Positions 55,025 to 64,000 of a DNA stretch of 64,000 bases are shown in pieces; the stretch's first letter is position 1; every line of letters starts with the position of its first letter. The position numbers and the translations under genes were made by a program. Below the pieces are notes generated by a model. It was not told the origin of the DNA. It saw only the letters and a program-made list of their open reading frames with translations, and made no database searches. Source of the DNA: Flaccisagitta enflata (taxonomy: Eukaryota); the NCBI GenBank assembly GCA_965153355.1, contig OZ231126.1, forward strand, positions 21,452,001 through 21,516,000, in the 5' to 3' direction.

Positions 55025-55606
55025 CAGGGTCATTCATCTCAAATGGCAAAAAGTATCAAGCTTTTACTCCAAGATGTATTATCTGGCAGCTAAGAATCTT
55101 TTTTAGAAAAACTATATTTGATGTTTTTTGTCTCAAAATTTCATTGGTCTGAGTTGAATGTTTTGGCCACAACATCAATTTGAAGTAAAACAATTACTAG
55201 GTTTTTTTGTCTAAGATAATCATTTAGTAAATTAGTTTAATTCTTAAACAGTTTGAGTGGCAGATGCGAAGTAAGTCTCAAAAGAGGGACAATTTGATTA
55301 TTTGATTATTTCTTTTCAATTTCAGGTCAATCTGATACTTGTCAGTTAATTGGTTTAAAGACAACTGCAATCTAAACAAGAATGGTTATTGTAAAAAGAT
55401 GGTCAATTGGGATTATGCTATGAATACTTGTTCTACTTCAAATTGATGCTGTGGCCAAACTTTCCAACTTTGACCAAAAGAATTTTTATAAAAAAAAAAC
55501 ATCAAAAACGTCAAATTATTAAAAAAAGTATTAGACCTGTCAGATTATGCATCTTGTATTAAAAGCTTACAGTATTACTTATTGCCATTTGAGAGGAATG
55601 ACCCTG
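55025..55606. mobile_element. Tc1/mariner-type MITE nested in a family-B HINE
   Basis: TA|CAGGGTCATTCATCTCAAATGGCAA ... TTGCCATTTGAGAGGAATGACCCTG|TA. The flanks rejoin to AATTTCCCCATGTATGAAAGCGTAGGTCAT, which matches family B. Confidence 0.88.
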
Positions 55607-55799
55607 TATGAAAGCGTAGGTCATCTGCCGCTTCGAGGCCGATGCCCACTGCCCAGAAAATTCCCCACATGTGAAAGCATAAGTCAACGGCCCCATTGAG
55701 GCAGCTGCCCATAAGGAGGAAAAATGAGAATATTACGTGGAATAGCAGAGGAGCGAGAATTTTAAAGAGGAAAGAAGAGAAAGAATTTCGTGAGACGGC

Positions 55800-56210
55800 A
55801 ATAAAACCTCCAAGAAAAACTGTCGTTACTTTAGAGTCATTAAAATAAGAATGATGATGAAACTGAGCTCTAACGATGCTGATATCCATGACATAATTGG
55901 AATGGGAGCCGTGAAACCTTTGTGTAAAACTGTCATTACTTTGGAGTCATTGAAATAAGAATGATGATGAAACTGAGCTTTAACGGTGCTGACATCCATG
56001 ACATAATTGAAATGGGAGCCGTGAAACCTTCGAGTAAAACTGTTGCTACTTTAGAGTCATTGAAATAAGAATAATGATGAGACTGAGCGCTAACGGTGGT
56101 GACATCCATGACATGATTGAAATAGCTATAAAACCTTTGAGAAGATTTTTTGTTTCTATAGAGTCATTATTATAAGAATGATGATGAAACTGAGTGCAAA
56201 CAGTGCATAA
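55800..56210. repeat. Tandem repeat, 110-bp unit, ~3.7 diverged copies
   Basis: AAAACTGT..TACTTTAGAGTCATT.AAATAAGAATGATGATGAAACTGAGC recurs at a 110-bp spacing (55821, 55931, 56041). Confidence 0.9.
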
Positions 56211-56305
56211 CTAAAATAGGATCTATGAAACGTCTTCTTTCACGTCTCATTTCTATTTCATTTATTCATTTAGTGTTCAAAGGAAGATTAATTGTTCATT
56301 TTTTT

Positions 56306-56365
<60 letters not shown>

Positions 56366-56391
56366 GTGCCAGTGTGTGTGTGTGTGTGTGT

Positions 56392-56515
<124 letters not shown>

Positions 56516-56860
56516 AATTCTGCATCTCATGTTCTTGTTGTGGTTGGTTGTAGTTTCGTAGTAGAATATCTGATCCAAAGGTCAGATCAAAGGTGGCCTT
56601 TTTTTCATGATTCAGGATCCCAGATCCAATCTGAAGGAATCTCAATGGTCTCAATGGTCATCATTTTCATATGGTAGTTTTGGTTTTATCTATTCTATTG
56701 CATACTGCAAATCTTTTTTAAGGGCGCGACGCCTTATCCCCAAACATTACTACTATACTAGCTTTTTGCCTCCAAAATTGTTACCCCAATTGAAAGCCAT
56801 GTCTGTCTGTCTGTCTGCCTGTCTGTTTGTCTGTCTGTCTGTCTCGTTCGCTCTCTCTCC

Positions 56861-57092
<232 letters not shown>

Positions 57093-57229
57093 TCGTTAGT
57101 ACTTTTGAGACATCTGTCCTAGAGTCAGGAGCACTGTGATTTCCTCATTGTAAAGCTACTCTTAAAGGTGACATCTGTTCCATGCCAAAGTTAAATGTCG
57201 CTAAGTATGTGTAATTGATAGCTGATATA

Positions 57230-57814
57230 ACACCTGTCCGGATATTATTGTCCCAGTAGTGTCACAACTTTAGATGCCTTACTACTGCAGGTGAGTAACA
57301 ATATAAATCTCTGTTATTTGATGTCAGATGAGTATTACCTAGTATGTTTTTACATTGTTTTTGTATTTTATCCCATTTTGGTTGCTTCATATCAATTTAA
57401 TCACCCCTTGACCACTAGCCAGCAACGCCTTAGTTTAAATCTTTCTATAACTTTGGTTGGAATTTTACCCAAAGGTTCACACTGAAATCCATCCAAAATA
57501 CATGGGCAAATTGAAGAACTTTTAAAAGGCTTTTTAGCCGTGAAATCCGCATCTGAGTATCTATCTTTATACAGATTTGGTAATAATCTGAAGTTAATTT
57601 GGTTTTTCTGGTAATTTTGCGATGATTTATAAGGGCAATGTTTTTACTGTTTTTGATCTTATTCGATTTTGTATGAAGCAATTCAGGCAAAATTCATGAG
57701 CAAAATAAAGACTTTTTCATGCTCTAACCAGTGAAAAAATCTGCTTGTTGCTAAATATCCCCATTTTGATTGGACGGTCGTTTGATTTTGGGACAATTAT
57801 ATCCGGACAGGTGT
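57230..57814. mobile_element. TA-flanked MITE
   Basis: TIR ACACCTGTCCGGATATTATTGTCCCA / TGGGACAATTATATCCGGACAGGTGT with TA on both sides. Confidence 0.85.
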
Positions 57815-57889
57815 TATGTACATTCAAATACCTATTCATGGACCCTGGGCCCTGGTCTTATAGCTATAAGTCATCTACCTCTGAGTCGG

Positions 57890-58500
57890 GAAGCACCGAG
57901 ATTTCCCTTTTCTAAAGCTACATATTAATTCTAATGGGTCTGTATGCATCTGTTGTAGAACTTCGAGCGCCGTGGTTCCCTTCTTCTAAAGCTACTTCTT
58001 AATTCTTATGGGTTTGTATGCATCTGTCGTAGAACATCGAGCACCGTGGTTCCCCACTTCTAAAGATACTTCTTAATTCTTATGGGTTTGTATGCACCTG
58101 TTGTAGAACTTCCAGCGCCATGGTTCCCCACTTCTAAAGATACTTCTTAATTCTTATGGGTTTGTATGCATCTGTTGTAGAACTTCGAGCGCCATGGTTC
58201 CCCACTTCTAAAGATACTTCTTAATTCTTATGGGTTTGTATGCATCTGTTGTAGAACTTCGAGCGCCATGGTTCCCCACTTCTAAAGATACTTCTTAATT
58301 CTTATGGGTTTGTATGCACCTGTTGTAGAACTTCAAGCGCCATGGTTCCCCACTTCTAAAGATACTTCTTAATTCTTATGGGTTTGTATGCATCTGTTGT
58401 AGAACTTCGAGCGCCATGGTTCCCCACTTCTAAATCTACTGCTTAATTCTTATGGGTTTGTATGCATCTGTCTTAGAACATCGAGCACCGTGGTTCCCTT
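57890..58500. repeat. Minisatellite, 74-bp unit, ~8 copies
   Basis: Unit GAGCGCCATGGTTCCCCACTTCTAAAGATACTTCTTAATTCTTATGGGTTTGTATGCATCTGTTGTAGAACTTC; for example, units start at 58187 and 58261. Confidence 0.95.
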
Positions 58501-58899
58501 TATTTTCAGCGAACTAAAAGTGGTTTTTCTCGTCATTTATCAAATGCTCTTTCACTCTCCAAACATTACTCACTTGGTCATGTCATGGTCATAAAAGGCG
58601 CGTTAAATTGTCGCCAGTGGTTGATTCTAAAAGGAGAAAGAAATATGCTGTCGCGGGGACGGGTAAGTCAATAAAACGGTGATAGAACTAAACTAACACC
58701 TGTTTCGAAATTCTAAAACAGAAATTACTCATTTTTGCTGCAAGTAACAGTTGATATTTTAAATGAGGACAACTTCTTGAAAAACAAGGCCGGATAAACG
58801 GCAATTCAGTAGCGGACGGTTGGGCAGGGGCAGTAATGCAATTGTAGTCCGTTTTCTCCAGGTCTGAAGAGTGAAGATGAGAATGACATGACATTTACA

Positions 58900-59275
58900 G
58901 TGATGACGATGATTCGATGACAGTGATGACGATGACAGTGACACTGATGACGATGATACTGACAGTGATGACGATGACGATGACAGAGATGACGATGATA
59001 GTGACATTGATGACGATGACGATGACAGTGGTGGCGATGACGATGAAAGTGGTGGCGATGAGTCTACAAGTATAACAGTGATAACATGACGATGTCAGTG
59101 ATAACGATAAGTCGATGACAGTGATGATAATGACGATGACAGTGATGACGATGACGATGACAGTGATGACGATGAGTCGATGACAGTAATGACGATGACG
59201 ATGACAGATGACGGTGATGACATTTACACTTTTACAGTGATGACGATGATTCGATGACAGCGATGACGATGATGA
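58900..59275. repeat. Degenerate (GAT/GAC)n repeat
   Basis: Read directly; the motif ACAGTGATGACGATGA recurs. Confidence 0.85.
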
Positions 59276-59718
59276 TTTTTGGAACTGGAAAAAGATATCA
59301 TCGTTGGTGTTGACACTTTCATGAGGCAAAAGTAGCGATGAGTTTGCAGTAAAACCGCAAAAAAAAGAAAAGAAATATGAAAAAAACAGAAGAATAGGAA
59401 AAGATAGAAAGACCCAAAAGTCGCTAATTCATTTCCCTTGGGACAGATAAGGGCGCGCCGTTGGACAAAAGCTGCACGCAAAAAAAATGATGTTGGAAAT
59501 TCTGTACTTTGCAAGGTTCTGGATCATTTTTTTCAAACCACAGTCACGAAACATAACACAAGTTTTTTGTTCGTTCGTAGGGCGGTTGGTGTATCTTTTT
59601 AGTCGCGGACACTTTTATTTCGATCATATGTTTTTGTAACTTTCTGTATCATCTCTGACTGACAGTAATTCTGTCTATCCCTCTATGTATCAGTTCTCCA
59701 TCAATGCTTTTCTCTGTC

Positions 59719-59817
<99 letters not shown>

Positions 59818-60986
59818 AGTCTTGTCTTTCTATTTTAAAGTCAACGTAGACATGACCTCTGGCTCACTGTGTCGGTCCGGTCAGTCAGTCTTTGTTGGTG
59901 GGTCAGTCGGTCCGTCACGTAACTTTTTTGAAATATGGCTCTAATCTTCATTTTAAAGGTACTTTAGGGTACTTAAGGGTACTTTAGGGTAATTCAAGGT
60001 ACATTAGGTACTTAAGGGTACTTTAGGTCGGTCGGTCCGTCCGTCAGTCAGTAACCAAAATAGATTAAAGCCTTTTTATTCATTTTTAAGGTCATTTAAG
60101 TCATTTTGAGTGTAAAATAAATCATTTAAAATTAAATTCAGTCATTTAAGGTCACTAAGTCACCCCTTAAGTCACTTTAGTCACTTAAGTCACTTAAGTC
60201 ACTTCGTCACTTAAATCACTTAAGTCAGTGACCGTATTTCTTGTAATTAGCGCCCCGGGCGCTTTTGAAATTGAAATGAAACATTGTTGTTTTAAACCTG
60301 TAATTAGCGCCCCCTTTTCACTAATATATTAATAATATTCTATGCAATTTACACTTTCTGACAATTTTCTTAAAATTCAAATCAGCAAATCACTAAAAAG
60401 AGAATATTTTGTTGTATTAAATCTCATTCTCATATTGTTTTTGCAAAAAAAAAATCTTATTTCCATTTATTTTTTAAAGTGTCTTGGAATTGTTCTAAAG
60501 TTGTCTGAGAGTTGTCTTATGTTGTCCCAGATTTGTCCTAAAGATATCCTAGGCTTATCCTGGACTTGTCCCAATTGACCTTCAGTTGTTTCTTAAATTG
60601 TCCTGGAGTTGCTTTGAAGAGGTCCTAGAATTGTCTATTGTCTTGAGATTGAAAGTTGTCCTAGAGTTTCTAAATTGTCCTAGTTGTTCAAATGTTGTCC
60701 TACAAACATCCTTGTTGTTCTAAAGTTGTCCTGGTGTCATTCTAGTATTGTCCTAATGTTGTCTTGAAGTCCTAGATTTGTTCTCAGGGTTGTCTTGGAT
60801 TTGTCCTTGAGTTGTCCTTGGGTTGACTGGAGATATCTTGTGTTAGTTTACAACAACAAATTTGAAATGACTTTATTTAAAAGGCAGCTGTTATTATATA
60901 TTGTAGTTGCAGACACATATATGAGAGGCTATGTCCAACTTTCTCTTGATCCATCTGCCTGTTAGTCTGTCCATAACACATGAGCA

Positions 60987-61193
60987 AACAAGTGACGCGG
61001 GGTCACAATATTTTTGTGGCTAGGTGGGCAAGAGCACCCAACCCCAATTCTCACCAAACCCACCTACAACATTCAAACATACACAAAAGAATCTAAACAC
61101 TCATTCTCCCATTTTTCAGATTAATGACCAATAGATCGACAGATGGACAGATGGACAAAGCCTCTCATAAAGTTGCGTGTTTGCAACTAAAAA
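60987..61193 (-). mobile_element. HINE family C (diverged)
   Basis: AACAAGTGACGCGGGGTCAC ... AGTTGCGTGTTTGCAACTAAAAA. Confidence 0.75.
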
Positions 61194-61590
61194 GGGGAAA
61201 ACAAAGTATTTGAGATGCTTTTTGGGTATCGTTGTTAGTTATAGAGGGAGCATGAACTGTGAATGTAGATTCAATGCCCCTGCCCACTCTTCCGCAACAA
61301 TTATTGTGACTACCCATCACTTGTTACTGGTTGCATATTGCAGACTCTCCTTACGGGCAACAACCTTTTTATGTTTGTTACATTATGATACCTGATATAA
61401 AAGAAGTTTATAATTAAGCTTAATGAACAGACATCCCTGGCAACATGCTTCATTAACACTTGCTTCAAAATATGTTTTACATTTTTGGTAATTCATGAAG
61501 GAATAATTGATAAGGTTTATGTGAGAGAACTTTTCAATAACAAAATTTGGAGGTGGGTGGGGTGGTGGTTTAGAGTATGCTTAGGTAGAC

Positions 61591-62644
61591 TTGATGGACT
61601 GTGTAGGTGGGTTGAGTGGGATAAAGAGGCGTTAGGTGGTTTTTTCCCATCAGGGTGGGATTTGATGGACTGTGTAGGTGGGTTGAGTGGGATAAAGAGG
61701 CGTTAGGTGGTTTTTTCCCATCAGGGTGGGATTTGATGGACTGTGTAGGTGGGTTGAGTGGGATAAAGAGGCGTTAGGTGGTTTTTTCCCATCAGGGTGG
61801 GATTTGATGGACTGTGTAGGTGGGTTGAGTGGGATAAAGAGGCGTTAGGTGTTTTTCCCATAGGGGTGGGATTGATGGACTGTGTAGGTGGGTTGAGGAC
61901 AAAGAGGCGTTAGTGGTTTTTCCCATCAGGGGATTGATGACTGTGTAGGTGGGTTGAGTGGGATAAAGAGGCGTTAGGTGGTTTTTTCTCATCAGGGTGG
62001 GATTTGATGGACTGTGTAGGTGGGGTTGAGGGGATAAAGAGGCGTTAGGTGGTTTTTTCCCATCAGGGTGATTTGATGGACTGTGAGGTGGGGTTGAGTG
62101 GGAGAAGAGGGCAGTTAGGTGGTTTTTCCCATCAGGGTGGGATTTGATGGACTGGTAGGTTGAGTGGGATAAAGAGGCGTTAGGTGGTTTTTTCCCATCA
62201 GGGTGGGATTTGATGGACTGTAGGTGGGATGGGGATAAAGAGGCGTTAGGTGGTTTTTTCCCATCAGGGTGGGATTTGATGGACTGTGTAGGTGGGTTGA
62301 GTGGGATAAAGAGGCGTTAGGTGGTTTTTTCCCATCAGGGTGGGATTTGATGGACTGTGTAGGTGGGTTGAGTGGGATAAAGAGGCGTTAGGTGGTTTTT
62401 TTCCCATCAGGGTGGGATTTGATGGACTGTGTAGGTGGGTTGAGTGGGATAAAGAGGCGTTAGGTGGTTTTTTCCCATCAGGGTGGGATTTGATGGACTG
62501 TGTAGGTGGGTTGAGTGGGATAAAGAGGCGTTAGGTGGTTTTTTCCCATCAGGGTGGGATTTGATGGACTGTGTAGGTGGGTTGAGTGGGATAAAGAGGC
62601 GTTAGGTGGTTTTTTCCCATCAGGGTGGGATTTGATGGACTGTG
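61591..62644. repeat. G-rich minisatellite, 71-bp unit, ~15 copies
   Basis: Unit GGACTGTGTAGGTGGGTTGAGTGGGATAAAGAGGCGTTAGGTGGTTTTTTCCCATCAGGGTGGGATTTGAT; starts at 61596, 61667 and 61738. Confidence 0.95.
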
Positions 62645-62750
62645 AAGCGGCCTTATTGCTCAATGTAATCCTCAACGAGAAGCCAACCGACGAGTTCTTA
62701 TTGGCGTTTTTCGTTTCCCAGCAAACAAATTGAAATAGCCAAACATTAGA

Positions 62751-62878
<128 letters not shown>

Positions 62879-63781
62879 CAGAGAAGAAAGCTAGCAAGTA
62901 GAGCGCGCCAAAGAGAAGGCTGGCTAAAGCAGAGGTTCGGGATGAGTGAAGGAGCAAGCGAGCGAAAGAGGTTAAAGGCCATCGAGTCGCGCGTATGTTT
63001 ACCCTCCATGCACGAAGACCTTGCTCCGCTCTGCTCCTCCTCTTTGCTCCTCCTCCTTGTACATCCATCTCCCCTTTTCTCGCGTGGTTACTCCTCCATC
63101 CTTTTCTTATTTTGGCCTCATTTCATACCCTCCCTAAGCCATATTTACCACCGTAATTTCACCCACCCTTTCCTCCATTACACGTTGATTTTCCACTGTT
63201 ATTGCTACAGTTTCTCTCACCCTTTTCTCCATTACACTTTAATTTTCCTCCTTTCACCAATTCATGTCCTCTCCTTTTAGCACCTTTTAGCACTTTTCCT
63301 CACCATTCCCCTTACCATGTCTTTTTCCGGGCTTATCCCCTATCATGCACAAATCAATACAATAGATCAATACATCCCGTCTCAGTACTCAGTTCTTTTT
63401 TTACAATTCCTTTATTATATTTACAACCTTTCCATAATGCAGACAACTATTTTCATTTTTTGTTAATCCTCATTTACCTCATTCCCCCCCCCTTCCTCAC
63501 ACCCCTAACTGCTTCATTCATGAAATTCTTCATTCTTATTCGCTGCTTCCTTGCCTCCTATTTTATCAGTATATTTTGTACACGCTCTTTATCCACCGTC
63601 TTCAATACCCCCGGTCCAGTATATTCTCTCCTTAACACTCTGTTTACCCCGTCTTGGATACCGTCTTTAACACCCTCGGCATCCCATTTCCTCCAGAACT
63701 TGGTCTCGGTTCTCGAATTCGGTTCTTCCTCTATTTCGTAATAGTCAGTTGAAATCGCTTTCCTTCCTCCATCACTTATTC

Positions 63782-63945
<164 letters not shown>

Positions 63946-64000
63946 AAAGTTGTTTGTCGTACAAAATCGCCCAATTCGTCGTCGTTGTCATCACAGTCGT

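Noticed and set aside
59959-60030. TTTAGGG/TTAGG motifs as interstitial telomere
   Set aside because: They are parts of a 10-bp GTACTTTAGG repeat inside a HINE-like element, not tandem telomeric units.
57890-62644. 74-bp and 71-bp arrays as CRISPR arrays
   Set aside because: Whole units repeat with no unique spacers, there are no cas genes, and the context is eukaryotic.

Overview
This is repeat-dense, gene-poor eukaryotic DNA, most likely from an invertebrate animal (the repeat landscape suggests an arthropod or crustacean, but that is an inference). Almost all ORF-track entries are microsatellite translations. One real gene fragment is supported: two minus-strand exons (53613-~53790 and 53329-53435) joined by a phase-matched GT-AG intron. 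They encode a divergent 8-cysteine SUEL/rhamnose-binding-lectin-type domain, and a transposon has inserted at its 5' side. The rest of the window is simple repeats, three minisatellite arrays (110, 74 and 71 bp units) and many non-autonomous DNA elements. These include at least five Helentron/DINE-1-like (HINE) families whose terminal hairpins co-vary, TA-flanked Tc1/mariner/pogo-type MITEs, an 8-bp-TSD hAT MITE and a TTAA-flanked element. There are also CAC...GTG elements with 4-bp TSDs (Chapaev-like), one of which is a foldback element with RSS-like termini. Several insertions are nested, up to four deep at 24255-27735. Weak LINE endonuclease relics are likely at 32.9-35.8 kb. No rRNA, tRNA, CRISPR array or intact transposase was found. 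All superfamily names are inferred from termini and TSDs read by eye, without database searches.
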